Shown here: piece after piece, positions 38,862 to 48,620 of the stretch | How positions within the stretch are numbered: the first letter of the stretch is position 1 | Layout: each line of letters starts with the position of its first letter | Assembly (NCBI GenBank): GCA_963708295.1 | Contig: CAVPSJ010000013.1 | Coordinates: forward strand, 192,001 to 256,000 | DNA length: 64,000 bases | Direction of reading: 5' to 3' | Source of the DNA: an uncultured delta proteobacterium | GTDB taxonomy: Bacteria > Desulfobacterota > BSN033 > UBA1163 | Program-made: the position numbers and the translations under genes | The notes under the pieces: model-generated | Databases searched by the model: none | Told to the model about the DNA's origin: nothing | Seen by the model: only the letters and a program-made list of their open reading frames with translations

Positions 38862-39398
38862 ATGGCAAAATGGGTGATTGACCCGGATCATGCGGTAGCC
38901 AGATTCTCTGTGAGACATTTCATGATTGCCAATGTGGAAGGCATTTTTAGCAGGATGACCGGGCTGATTGAATTCGATCCACCCGATCTCGGTCGGTTAT
39001 CGGTGGATGCCGAGATTGAAGTCAAGAGCCTGACGACCGGGAACTCAGAGCGGGACGAGCATCTCCTGAGCGCTGATTATTTTGATGTGGAAAGATATCC
39101 GAAGATTATTTTTAAGGGCGCAAAAGTCGAGCCGACAGGAGGAAATCGCGGCAAAGTAACCGGTGATCTCACTCTCCGGGGAATTCTGCGGCTCATGACG
39201 TTGGACTTCGAGTATTCCGGTCCAGTCAAAAGCCCGTTTAGCGGGAAATCATGTATCGGTTTCTCTGCGACCGGAAAGGTCGATCGCGAGGCTTATGGGA
39301 TGACCTTGAGCCATCCTCCTATGGAAGGGGGAGGGTTGGTCGTAGGGAAAAATGTTCAAATCCACATCGAGTTAGAGGCTGATCTCGCCGCAGAATAG
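38862..39398 (+). CDS. YceI-family protein
   Basis: WVIDPDHA..FSVRH, RDEHLLSADYFDVERYPKIIF, GDLTLRG. Confidence 0.92.
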   Translation: MAKWVIDPDHAVARFSVRHFMIANVEGIFSRMTGLIEFDPPDLGRLSVDAEIEVKSLTTGNSERDEHLLSADYFDVERYPKIIFKGAKVEPTGGNRGKVTGDLTLRGILRLMTLDFEYSGPVKSPFSGKSCIGFSATGKVDREAYGMTLSHPPMEGGGLVVGKNVQIHIELEADLAAE

Positions 39399-39540
39399 TT
39401 TCCTTCACGAGCGCCCGCATCGCTATACCCATACAGGGGAACGTGACTGTCGGCCATTTCCGTTTTCACGTTGAAAATGGGAGGTGAATCTGTTAAGAAC
39501 CTCCTATCCATATTCATGAATTCGTTCAGGGAGAAAGAAA

Positions 39541-40833
39541 ATGAATTGTTTTCGAAAAAATGTTTGGGTAACCGTCTTGTTTGTGATGATTGTTATGATG
39601 ATGATTTACCCGGGTCCGGTCCTTTGCAAGACAGATCGCATTTCAAAGACACCCACCCATCAAAAAGCGAAAGCCCCTGAGAAGGTTAAGGCGGCGCAAG
39701 ACCGGCAGGCACCTTCGGGAGGCCTTCAATGTGACGCTCGATCTGCAGTTTTGATGGATGGGGCTACCGGACAGGTTCTTTTCGAACAAGACGCAAACTC
39801 GAAAATGGCCCCCGCCAGTTTCGTTAAAATCATGACGCTCTATCTGGTCTATGATGCGATTCGAGCAGGCCAGCTCAAGATGGACGACATGGTGACAGTC
39901 AGTGAGAAAGCATGGAGGATACAGGGTTCGAAAATGTTCATTAAGGTTGGGGAGAGGGTGAAGGTGGAAGACCTGATCAAGGGGGTTGCCATTGCTTCTG
40001 GAAACGACGCCTGCATTGCTTTGGCTGAACATCTGTCCGGCTCCGAGGAAGCCTTTGTCACGAAGATGAACGATAAGGCCAAACTGCTGGGATTAAAGGA
40101 CACCCAGTTCAGGAATTCTCACGGGATGCCCGCGGAGGGTCAGTACACAACGGCGATGGAGATGGCCATCCTGTCGAAGCGGTATGTCGAAAGCCATCCG
40201 GAATCACTCGCCTTCCATTCCACGGTCGAATTTGAATACAACGGCATTCGGCAGGGAAATCGAAATACCCTTTTGCAGAAAAATATTGGAGTGGACGGAT
40301 TGAAGACAGGCCATGTGGAGGAAGTGGGGTATCATCTGGCTGCCACGGCAAAGAGAGATGGACAGAGGATGATTGCGGTGGTCATGGGTTGCAACAAAAT
40401 GAATAAGCGGGGCCCGGAAGCCCAAAAATTATTGGAGCATGGTTTTAAGAATTTCTCTACCGTTGAAGCCGTGAAAAAAGGGGGAACCTTCGGGCCTGTG
40501 AAAGTGAAGAGAGGGAAGTTGAATCAGGTCGGCCTGACAGCTGCAGAGGAGGCGAGGGTGACTGTGGCAAAGGGAAAGGAGAATTCGGTTTCTGCCATTC
40601 CTCAATTGCCTCAGTTTATCCTTGCGCCCGTTCATAAAGATCAGATATTGGCAAAAGTGCTTGTCCAGAATGAGGGCAAGGTGGTGAAAGAAGTCAATCT
40701 CCTCGCCGCCTCGGATGTGGAGAAAAGCTTAATTCCTCCGTGGCCGATCCTAGCTGGAGTCCTTTTGGGGGTGGTCGTCATCGTGGGTTTCGCGTTTTGG
40801 TGGTTTCGCCGGCCAAAAACTAATAGACTCTGA
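39541..40833 (+). CDS. dacA: D-alanyl-D-alanine carboxypeptidase (PBP5/6 type)
   Basis: PASFVKIMT (SxxK), SGNDA (SxN), GLKTGH (KTG), C-terminal membrane anchor. Confidence 0.9.
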   Translation: MNCFRKNVWVTVLFVMIVMMMIYPGPVLCKTDRISKTPTHQKAKAPEKVKAAQDRQAPSGGLQCDARSAVLMDGATGQVLFEQDANSKMAPASFVKIMTLYLVYDAIRAGQLKMDDMVTVSEKAWRIQGSKMFIKVGERVKVEDLIKGVAIASGNDACIALAEHLSGSEEAFVTKMNDKAKLLGLKDTQFRNSHGMPAEGQYTTAMEMAILSKRYVESHPESLAFHSTVEFEYNGIRQGNRNTLLQKNIGVDGLKTGHVEEVGYHLAATAKRDGQRMIAVVMGCNKMNKRGPEAQKLLEHGFKNFSTVEAVKKGGTFGPVKVKRGKLNQVGLTAAEEARVTVAKGKENSVSAIPQLPQFILAPVHKDQILAKVLVQNEGKVVKEVNLLAASDVEKSLIPPWPILAGVLLGVVVIVGFAFWWFRRPKTNRL

Positions 40834-40867
40834 ATGTGAAGCGCGAAATGGATGCTCGAACAAAACT

Positions 40868-40914
40868 CCCCTCACCTTCCCCTCTCCCCAGCGGGGAGAG
40901 GGACGGGGGGAGGG
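40868..40914. repeat. CCCTCTCCC-type palindromic repeat
   Basis: CCCCTCACCTTCCCCTCTCCCCAGCGGGGAGAGGGACGGGGGGAGGG, near-identical to the copy at 7296. Confidence 0.85.
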
Positions 40915-41002
40915 CCAAAGTTTAGCAAAACCGAAAAATGTTGGGATTAAGTCATTTTGGTCTTCATTTGACATTTGAATCTTGACAGTTTTGGGTGCAT
41001 GG

Positions 41003-41554
41003 ATGGGTTCAAAACAGATTGCGCAGGGAGAAAAGGATATTGAGATTGCTCTGGATCAAATATGCGAACAACTGCTCAGCAGACATCCCCAGTTAGACGA
41101 GATGGTATTGGTCGGGATAAGAACCGGAGGCGTCTTTCTGGCAGAACGATTAAAACAGAAGATTCTTCAAAAGGAAGGGATCGATCTTCCCACAGGAATT
41201 ATTGACATCACCCTCTACCGTGATGATTGGACCAGGTTGAGCCAGACACCGGAGGTAAAGAAAACGGAGATCCATTTTCCGATCGAGGACAAAAATGTCT
41301 TATTGGTAGACGATGTCCTTTTCACCGGAAGGACGGTCCGGGCTGCCATCGACGTCCTGCTGGACCTGGGGAGACCTCGCTGGGTTGAATTGGCCGTCTT
41401 GATTGATCGTGGCCATAGAGAATTGCCGATTTGTGCCGATTATATCGGGAAGACCTTGGAGATCTCTAGGCAGGATATGGTTCATGTGGAGCTGAAGGAA
41501 TTGGCAGGCGTCGATCGAGTTGTCATTGAACGCGGCAGACATCCCCAGTCTTGA
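41003..41554 (+). CDS. pyrR: Pyrimidine regulatory protein / uracil phosphoribosyltransferase PyrR
   Basis: GIRTGG, DITLYRDD, LVDDVLFTGRTVRAA, LIDRGHRELPI. Confidence 0.93.
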   Translation: MGSKQIAQGEKDIEIALDQICEQLLSRHPQLDEMVLVGIRTGGVFLAERLKQKILQKEGIDLPTGIIDITLYRDDWTRLSQTPEVKKTEIHFPIEDKNVLLVDDVLFTGRTVRAAIDVLLDLGRPRWVELAVLIDRGHRELPICADYIGKTLEISRQDMVHVELKELAGVDRVVIERGRHPQS

Positions 41555-41686
41555 TGACTCCACAGTCCGGTGTCTTTGGCCCCTTTCAGCATGAGTCGCC
41601 CCATGCCCTTCCTGATCTCTTGCTGTCCTTTTGAATCCCCCCTTCACGCGAGTCTTTATAAACTCGAATGGGTGTTGCACTAGCAG

Positions 41687-42922
41687 ATGCTTAACTCGAT
41701 GAATGTAGAGACACGAAACGGCAGAGCGGTCGAAAGAGACAGAATCGTTACCATCGTGCTGACGGTGGTGTGTCAGAGTTTTCAGGCCCTCTCCATGGGA
41801 GGAATCGCCCTACTTCTGCCCATCATCCGGAAGGACCTGGGTTTATCCTTTACGCAAGGGGGGAGTCTGGCGGCGGCAACGACCTTAGTTTATGCCCTGA
41901 TGCAGATGCCCGCGGGCTATCTGTCCGATCGCTTCAGCCCAAAAAAATTGTTTTCCATCGGCATTCTCGGGTCAACCCTCCTGGCTTTGACCTTTGGGCT
42001 TGTCGCCAATTACTGGCAGGCTCTGGTCAACCAGATGTTGTCCGGATTCTTCCGCTCCCTTCTCTTTACACCTGGGATGGCCTTATTGACAGGATGGTTT
42101 CCTCCAAACCGACGAGCCACGGCGATCGGGTTGTACTTAGTCGGCGGATATTCGGGCAGCGTCATCTTCAATCTTGTCGGGCCACTGCTGGTGGCCAGGT
42201 TCGATTGGCGTTTTTCCTTTATCAGTATCGCCTCCGTGGGAATCATTGCAATCATGTTCCTCATCCGGTTTGCTAAAGACTCGCCTCCAACAGGTGAACG
42301 ACGGAAGGGGAATCTGCTTGAGGCATTTCATCTGTTCCGGTACAAGGTGATGTGGGTTTGCGGCGGCATTCAGTACATCCGGTTCGGCGTGGTGCAGGGG
42401 ATCACCTACTGGCTCCCCAGTCTTTTAATTGACGAGAAGGGATTATCTTTGCGGTCAGCCGGTATCATCATTGCCATTCAGGTCGTCCTCATGTCGCCAT
42501 CAAACATCATAGGAGGTTACATTTCCGATCGGCTGAAGAATCCCATCCTCGTGATCGCTGTCTCGCTGACCGTCTTAGGAATCACGACGGGACTATTGAT
42601 CACTGCGAATAACATGATTTTCCTCGTTGCCCTGATTTTCATCAATGCGATTTTTTTGCAAATGTATTTTGGACCCCTCTTCTCGATCCCGGTCGAGATA
42701 TTGGGGGTGCCTAAAGCAGGAATCTCGATTGGTTTCAGTAATCTCTTTGCAAACGTCGGTGGATTCAGCGCGGCTTACCTTCTGGGAGCGCTGAAGGATC
42801 GGTCCGGCGTGTTTAAACCCGGCTTTCTCGCCATCTGTGGAGCCTGTTTCCTGGGCCTAGCGTTAACCTTGATCCTCGCCCGCATGAGGCGCAAAGCGAT
42901 TGGTCCGATGGCAGTTTCTTAA
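41687..42922 (+). CDS. MFS transporter
   Basis: About 12 TM segments; GYLSDRFSPK, WFPPNRRATAIG, GGYISDRL. Confidence 0.88.
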   Translation: MLNSMNVETRNGRAVERDRIVTIVLTVVCQSFQALSMGGIALLLPIIRKDLGLSFTQGGSLAAATTLVYALMQMPAGYLSDRFSPKKLFSIGILGSTLLALTFGLVANYWQALVNQMLSGFFRSLLFTPGMALLTGWFPPNRRATAIGLYLVGGYSGSVIFNLVGPLLVARFDWRFSFISIASVGIIAIMFLIRFAKDSPPTGERRKGNLLEAFHLFRYKVMWVCGGIQYIRFGVVQGITYWLPSLLIDEKGLSLRSAGIIIAIQVVLMSPSNIIGGYISDRLKNPILVIAVSLTVLGITTGLLITANNMIFLVALIFINAIFLQMYFGPLFSIPVEILGVPKAGISIGFSNLFANVGGFSAAYLLGALKDRSGVFKPGFLAICGACFLGLALTLILARMRRKAIGPMAVS

Positions 42923-42975
42923 ACCTTGTGCTCACTTTCAGAAAATCGGTTTCCTCTTTCCTCTAAGGGAAAAGC

Positions 42976-44274
42976 ATGAACGTCTCAAAGCGAACACGCC
43001 TAAAGGTTGGGCTCTTTTACGGGTGGTATATCCTGGCCTCTTCCTTTATCATCCTCTTTTTCACCTCTGGGGCCCGATATTCTTTCGGGGTGGCATTTAA
43101 GCCGATGATTAAAGAACTCGACTGGAGCCGGGGTTCTATTTCGTTCGCCTTTTTTCTCAATATGACCCTCTTTGCCCTCTCTCTCATCGCCGCCGGGAGG
43201 CTTTACGACCGTCACGGTCCCAAGTGGGTGATCGTTGTTTCAACGGTTTTTCTCTCGGCAGGCTTTGCACTCATCTCCGTGGTCAATTCCCTTTGGCAAT
43301 TTTATATCGTTTATGGAGTTTTCGCAGCCATTGGGTTGGGTGGAACGTCCATTCCCCTCCTCGCTGCGCTGATCAGCAAGTGGTTCACAAAATGGCGCGG
43401 CCTCGCCATCAGTCTGGCCCTGGCTGGGAATTGCATGGGCCAATTCGTGCTCATTCCGGCTTTTAGCTTCTGTACGCTCAGGTACGGCTGGAGAGTTTCC
43501 TATCTTTCGATTGGGCTCATGATGGGGTTGGTCATCATGACGTTGGCGCTGTTCGTCATGAAAGAAAGTCCGGATCACCTCGGTCTAAGCCCCGCCCGAG
43601 AAAAGGAGGCTGGGAAAAAAGGGAAGCCCGGCGAATCGGTTTCGAGCGATAGGCATCAGGATCTGAGTTTAAGAGAGGCGATGAAAACCTCTCCGTTCTG
43701 GTTCTTTCTCGTTGTGATGTTCGTCTGCGGGAGCGGGGATTTCTTGGTAACTACCCACCTCATCCCCTTCGCGACGGATCATGGGATCCTCCCGGCTCAA
43801 GCGGGAAACATGCTGGCCTGGCTTGGGTTGATGAGCCTGGTGGGAGTTCTCGCTGCGGGGCCGGCCTCGGACTTAATCGGGAATAGGATCCCGATGGCGA
43901 TCGCCTTTCTGATTCGATTCGGTGCATTTCTTCTGATCTTGGCCCATCGGGATGCAGCGTCGTTCTACCTTTTCAGCATTCTCTTTGGATTGACCTATCT
44001 CGTCACGGGACCCCTCGCCACGACTCTGCTGGGGAGACTTTATGGATTTTCTCATATTGGGCTTCTTTCGGGTTTCGCAACAACGGTTCACCATATTGCC
44101 GGAGGTTTTTGGGCATATCTGGGAGGTTTCATCTTCGATCAGACAGGGAGTTATCGGTTGGCCTTCGTCTGTTCCGCGGCCCTGGCATTCATTGCGATGG
44201 TCTGTTGTGTTTTCATCCGCGAGCGAAGGCATTTTCCCCTTAGCAAACCCTCAGATCAGCAGACGTTGACCTGA
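42976..44274 (+). CDS. MFS transporter (MCT/OFA-like)
   Basis: FYGWYILA, GRLYDRHGPK, KWFTKWRGLA, GFIFDQTGSY. Confidence 0.88.
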   Translation: MNVSKRTRLKVGLFYGWYILASSFIILFFTSGARYSFGVAFKPMIKELDWSRGSISFAFFLNMTLFALSLIAAGRLYDRHGPKWVIVVSTVFLSAGFALISVVNSLWQFYIVYGVFAAIGLGGTSIPLLAALISKWFTKWRGLAISLALAGNCMGQFVLIPAFSFCTLRYGWRVSYLSIGLMMGLVIMTLALFVMKESPDHLGLSPAREKEAGKKGKPGESVSSDRHQDLSLREAMKTSPFWFFLVVMFVCGSGDFLVTTHLIPFATDHGILPAQAGNMLAWLGLMSLVGVLAAGPASDLIGNRIPMAIAFLIRFGAFLLILAHRDAASFYLFSILFGLTYLVTGPLATTLLGRLYGFSHIGLLSGFATTVHHIAGGFWAYLGGFIFDQTGSYRLAFVCSAALAFIAMVCCVFIRERRHFPLSKPSDQQTLT

Positions 44275-44497
44275 AGGAGCCACTTTCACCGATGTCATTT
44301 GATTCATGAAGCCCAGAAGGAAGCATCCGCAAATCCGGGATAAATGGTTTTCCCTTTCCCCTCTCGCGCAAAGACGATTTTATGGTTGTCACAGAAAAAG
44401 GGATGCTTTAGGGCGGAGGGGGCTCCTTGATTCTTCAGGGCAGTTTTATTATAGTTTTTGTAATGTTAGGCGAGAGGCGCCGGGAATAGAGTTTTGA

Positions 44498-44701
44498 ATG
44501 ATTCGAAGAGCGAAACGGTCTAAGAAAAAGGAATTTGAAGAACAAGTGGTTCAAAAGTTTCCTCATCGTTGTCCTTATTGCGATCAGCCCATTTCTTATG
44601 ATCCGTTCGATTTGAAGGTGGGAGAAAACGTCATCCAGTGCTTCTCTTGCAAAAGGACTTATATCAAAGTCGTTTCAAATTCTTATGAAAAAAGAGGTTG
44701 A
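44498..44701 (+). CDS. Small zinc-ribbon-like protein
   Basis: CPYC...CFSC pair in 67 aa. Confidence 0.55.
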   Translation: MIRRAKRSKKKEFEEQVVQKFPHRCPYCDQPISYDPFDLKVGENVIQCFSCKRTYIKVVSNSYEKRG

Positions 44702-44770
44702 CTCGATCCCCTCCATCATCAAGAGGGAAGGCGAGCGTCCCGTCGATGTCGGAACGCTGCGGTAATCGAT

Positions 44771-46903
44771 ATGGACCGACCCCATCCCCCGCATTTTCGA
44801 GATCGTCTGCTCACCCCGATGCAGTATGTGAAGGGCGTGGGACCCAAGCTGTCTAAGCTCTTCGAGAAAAAAGGGATTCTCACTGTGGAGGACGCACTTT
44901 ACTCTCTGCCGCGGCGCTATGAAGACCGCAGGAGCTTGAAGAAGATCTCAGAACTCAAAGCCGGGGGAAAGGAGACAGGGTTCGGTGAGATTCTGCTCTC
45001 AGGAGTTGCATTTTATCAGAACAAAAGGAGAAGGGTGTTTGAGACCGTGGTCGGGGACGGGAGCGGCACGATCACATTGAAGTGGTTTCACGGTAATGAG
45101 AGATACCTCAGGGAACGATTTAAGAAAGGACGCCAGCTGATCTTCTCCGGAGACGTGAGGTGGTTCAACCATCAGAGAGAGATTCATCACCCCGATGTAG
45201 AAATGGTCGACGGGGATGTGGAAAAAGATTACCTTAACTTCAAACGGATCGTTCCCGTCTATTCCGAAACCGAAGGACTTTATCAGAGGACGATGAGAAG
45301 GCTGATGAACACCATCCTGGAGGGGTATGCCGATGAACTCTCGAGCCCCATCCCGCCAGAGGTTGTGAGACGACAAAACCTGATTGATTTCTCGGAGGCC
45401 TTCCGGAGGGTTCATTTCCCTCCTGAAGGAGAATCGCTGGATGCCTTGAACCTCCAGCGTTCGGACGGCCACCGGCGAATCATTTTCGATGAGTTTTTTT
45501 TCCTGGAACTGGGAATGGCATTGAAAAAGAGGGGGGTGGCTCTGGAGACGGGGGTTGCTTTCAAAACGGATGGCGCCCTGGCCCAGAGATTGTTGAGTCT
45601 TCTTTCTTTCAAACTGACCCCTGCGCAGGAGAGGGTTTTCGCCGAGATCAAGGCAGATCTCCAAAAACCGCATCCCATGAACCGATTGATTCAAGGGGAT
45701 GTGGGGAGCGGGAAGACCGTCGTTGCCCTTTTGGCTTGTTTGTCTGTCGTAGAATGTGGCCATCAGGCAGCGATCATGGCGCCGACGGAGGTGTTGGCGG
45801 AACAACACTTTCTCAGTCTCCGTCGGTGGCTGGAGCCTTTGGGGGTGAAGGTGGCTCTGCTGACGAGCAGCACCAAGAGTTCCGAGAGGGAAGATCTTTA
45901 TCCGAGGATCCGGAATGGCGGTGTCCAGCTGGTGATCGGGACCCATGCCGTGATTCAGGAAGCGGTTGAATTCAACCGCTTGGGACTCGCCGTCATTGAT
46001 GAGCAGCACAAGTTCGGTGTGGTCCAAAGAGGACTTTTGAAGAAGAAGGGAGAAAGCCCTGACGTCCTGGTGATGACAGCCACTCCCATCCCGAGGACCC
46101 TTGCGATGACCGTTTATGGGGATCTTGATGTTTCGCTCATTGATGAGATGCCGCCCGGAAGAGTACCGGTAGAGACCAGGGTCTTTCCTGAATCCGCAAG
46201 GGCCAAAGTCTATCGAATCCTCGAGGAGGAAATCAAGAAGGGTCGCCAAGCCTTTGTTGTCTATCCCTTGGTGGAGGAGTCTGAAAAATTGGACCTCAAG
46301 GATGCCACCCGGATGGCGGATCACTTGCAGAAAGAGATCTTTCCTGAGTTTCGCCTGGGTTTGCTCCACGGCAGGATGAAAAGTGACGAGAAAGAGGCCA
46401 TGATGACGGAGGTTCAAAGGGGAAGGGTTCAAATCCTGGTCGCAACGACCGTGATTGAAGTGGGAATCGACATTCCAAACGCCTCGGTGATGGTGGTAGA
46501 GCATGCAGAACGATTCGGCCTCTCTCAGCTCCATCAGCTCAGGGGCAGGATCGGCCGGGGGCATTACCCGTCCAAATGTATTTTACTGGCCCAGTACCGG
46601 TCTTCTGAGGAGGCAAGGGTTCGGCTTCGAGCCATGGAGAGAACGACCGACGGATTTAAGATTGCCGAGGAAGATTTGGCCATCAGGGGACCCGGAGAAT
46701 TTTTCGGCATCCGCCAGTCCGGATTGCCGGATTTCAGGGTGGCTCACGTCGTCCGGGATACCCCTATTTTGATTGAGGCGAGAAAAGAAGCCTTTCGAAT
46801 CGTTCAAGAAGACCCTGAGCTGGCTCATCCTTCCCATCGAGGGCTGAGAGACGTATTCATCAAGCGGTGGAAAAGTAGGATGGAGCTGGCAACCGTTGGG
46901 TAA
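44771..46903 (+). CDS. recG: ATP-dependent DNA helicase RecG
   Basis: QGDVGSGKT, IDEQHKFGV, MTATPIPRTL, HAERFGLSQLHQLRGRIGRG, RGPGEFFG. Confidence 0.97.
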   Translation: MDRPHPPHFRDRLLTPMQYVKGVGPKLSKLFEKKGILTVEDALYSLPRRYEDRRSLKKISELKAGGKETGFGEILLSGVAFYQNKRRRVFETVVGDGSGTITLKWFHGNERYLRERFKKGRQLIFSGDVRWFNHQREIHHPDVEMVDGDVEKDYLNFKRIVPVYSETEGLYQRTMRRLMNTILEGYADELSSPIPPEVVRRQNLIDFSEAFRRVHFPPEGESLDALNLQRSDGHRRIIFDEFFFLELGMALKKRGVALETGVAFKTDGALAQRLLSLLSFKLTPAQERVFAEIKADLQKPHPMNRLIQGDVGSGKTVVALLACLSVVECGHQAAIMAPTEVLAEQHFLSLRRWLEPLGVKVALLTSSTKSSEREDLYPRIRNGGVQLVIGTHAVIQEAVEFNRLGLAVIDEQHKFGVVQRGLLKKKGESPDVLVMTATPIPRTLAMTVYGDLDVSLIDEMPPGRVPVETRVFPESARAKVYRILEEEIKKGRQAFVVYPLVEESEKLDLKDATRMADHLQKEIFPEFRLGLLHGRMKSDEKEAMMTEVQRGRVQILVATTVIEVGIDIPNASVMVVEHAERFGLSQLHQLRGRIGRGHYPSKCILLAQYRSSEEARVRLRAMERTTDGFKIAEEDLAIRGPGEFFGIRQSGLPDFRVAHVVRDTPILIEARKEAFRIVQEDPELAHPSHRGLRDVFIKRWKSRMELATVG

Positions 46904-46976
46904 GAACCCCTATCCCAGTGCGGTTCGGGGGCGTAGGGAATTGAAAAGATAAGAAAATTATGTTAACCCTTTTAAA

Positions 46977-47114
46977 ATATCCCCTTTGGCCATGAAGGCG
47001 TGAAATAAGAATTGGATGGGGAGATCAGGCGGGGATATCTCCAAAGCTTCACCAAGCGACCCTTTGATACCCCTGCCCGACCTCCCTGCCTTGTAGGCCT
47101 TCTTACAGGGACAT
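46977..47114 (+). ncRNA. Candidate 6S-like rod RNA or leader/attenuator
   Basis: Closing stem ATATCCCCT..GAAGGC / GCCTTC..AGGGACAT; asymmetric central bubble; about 21-bp inner stem GGGAGATCAGGCGGGGATATC / GATACCCCTGCCCGACCTCCC. Strand is inferred from the upstream TTGAAA. Confidence 0.4.
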
Positions 47115-47152
47115 CGTTCTTTTATTCTAATTCGGCGGAAGGAACTCGTGCT

Positions 47153-48352
47153 ATGGAGATGTTTCATCCTGAAGGCTCCGGATTTCATCGAATGGAGAGG
47201 CTCCCCCCTTATATCTTTGGAATTGTCAATCAACTGAAGATGGAGGCAAGACGAAGAGGGGAGGATATCATTGATTTAGGCATGGGAAACCCTGATCTGC
47301 CCACGCCCAATCATATCGTTAACAAGTTGATTGACGCCGTAAAAAACCCGAGGAATCACCGCTATTCTGCGTCGAAAGGGATTTATAAGTTGAGGTGCGC
47401 GATCACCGATTGGTACCGAAAACGTTACGATGTCGATCTCGACCCGGAGACGGAGAGTGTGGTGACCATCGGTGCCAAGGAAGGACTCGGTCATCTGGCA
47501 TTAGCGACCCTGGGGCCTGGCGATGTTGTGCTCGTTCCGAATCCGACCTATCCCATCCATGCCTATTCGGTTGTGATCGCGGGAGGAGATATCCGTTCGG
47601 TTCCTCTGGCGGGAGGAGGGGACTTCTTTAAAAAGTTGTTGACGGCAACAAAAGAGACTTGGCCTCACCCGAAGATGATTATCGTGAGTTTCCCCCATAA
47701 TCCAACCACCGTTGTGGTGGACGTCGGTTTCTTTGAAAATCTGGTCGCCTTTGCAAAAGAGCATCACCTGATGATCGTTCACGATCTGGCCTACGGGGAT
47801 ATCGTCTTTGATGGATATAAGGCTCCCAGTCTCCTTCAGGTCAAAGGGGCGAAGGATGTCGGAGTGGAGTTTTACTCTCTTTCGAAGAGCTATAACATGC
47901 CCGGTTGGCGAGTGGGGTTTGCGGTTGGAAATGCCGGGATGCTGGCGGCTCTGGCAAGGCTGAAGAGTTACCTGGATTACGGGGTCTTTCAACCCATCCA
48001 AATAGCGGGGATCATTGCCCTCAACGAAGATCAGGATTGCGTCCGTCAGACCGTAGAGGAGTATCGGAAGAGAAGGGATGTCCTCGTCAACGGACTAAAA
48101 CGGGTGGGTTGGGAGATTGAAAAACCGAAAGGGACGATGTTCGTGTGGGCAGAGATTCCGAAGGTCTTCGAGAAGATGGGGTCGATTGAGTTTTCGAAGC
48201 ACCTCTTGAGGGAAGGGGGAGTGGCTGTCTCTCCGGGGATCGGGTTTGGTGAATACGGAGAGGGCTTCGTCAGGTTTGCCTTGGTGGAGAATGAAGCCCG
48301 CATCAAACAGGCGGTCAAGGGGATTCAGCGGGTTCTGAAAAAAGGGATCTAA
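47153..48352 (+). CDS. PLP-dependent class I/II aminotransferase (AlaC/LL-DAP aminotransferase-like)
   Basis: [48 protein letters not shown]; sits upstream of hom. Confidence 0.9.
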   Translation: MEMFHPEGSGFHRMERLPPYIFGIVNQLKMEARRRGEDIIDLGMGNPDLPTPNHIVNKLIDAVKNPRNHRYSASKGIYKLRCAITDWYRKRYDVDLDPETESVVTIGAKEGLGHLALATLGPGDVVLVPNPTYPIHAYSVVIAGGDIRSVPLAGGGDFFKKLLTATKETWPHPKMIIVSFPHNPTTVVVDVGFFENLVAFAKEHHLMIVHDLAYGDIVFDGYKAPSLLQVKGAKDVGVEFYSLSKSYNMPGWRVGFAVGNAGMLAALARLKSYLDYGVFQPIQIAGIIALNEDQDCVRQTVEEYRKRRDVLVNGLKRVGWEIEKPKGTMFVWAEIPKVFEKMGSIEFSKHLLREGGVAVSPGIGFGEYGEGFVRFALVENEARIKQAVKGIQRVLKKGI

Positions 48353-48356
48353 GGAT

Positions 48357-48550
48357 AAATCCCATATCCCAAAGGTCAAATCCCTGCCTTCGCCGAAGCG
48401 GCTTCGCGCAGGCAGGCCAGACAAATTTCAAATTCTAATACCGAATGACCAAATAACCGCCCTCACCTCGTCCCTCTCCCTTGGGGGAGAGGGGAAGAGT
48501 GAGGGGGTTTTGAATTTTGAATCCTGGTGATTGGAGTTTGCTTGGAAATG
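48357..48550. repeat. 7-nt-period element with two nested palindromes
   Basis: Left arm AAATCCCATATCCCAAAGGTCAAAT..CAAATTTCAAATTCTAATACCGAATGACCAAA interrupted by CCTGCCTTCGCCGAAGCGGCTTCGCGCAGGCAGG; central CCCTCTCCC repeat (48460-48507); right arm TTTTGAATTTTGAATCCTGGTGATTGGAGTTTG. Confidence 0.72.
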
Positions 48551-48620
48551 GGTGCTTGTCACAACCCATTCCGGGCAAAGGGCTTCCATTGATTCTAGGG
48601 TTGATTAAGGGAAGGGGACG

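Noticed and set aside
44498-44760. Sec readthrough at other TGA stops (zinc-ribbon ORF, gap, tpiA, glyS, nitroreductase)
   Set aside because: These proteins look complete at the TGA, no Cys-equivalent position is involved, and no SECIS-like hairpin was evident.
44999-46564. 521-aa minus-strand ORF, and similar long antisense ORFs over ppdK, pgk and kdsD
   Set aside because: Each lies entirely opposite a well-conserved gene and has no recognisable motifs.
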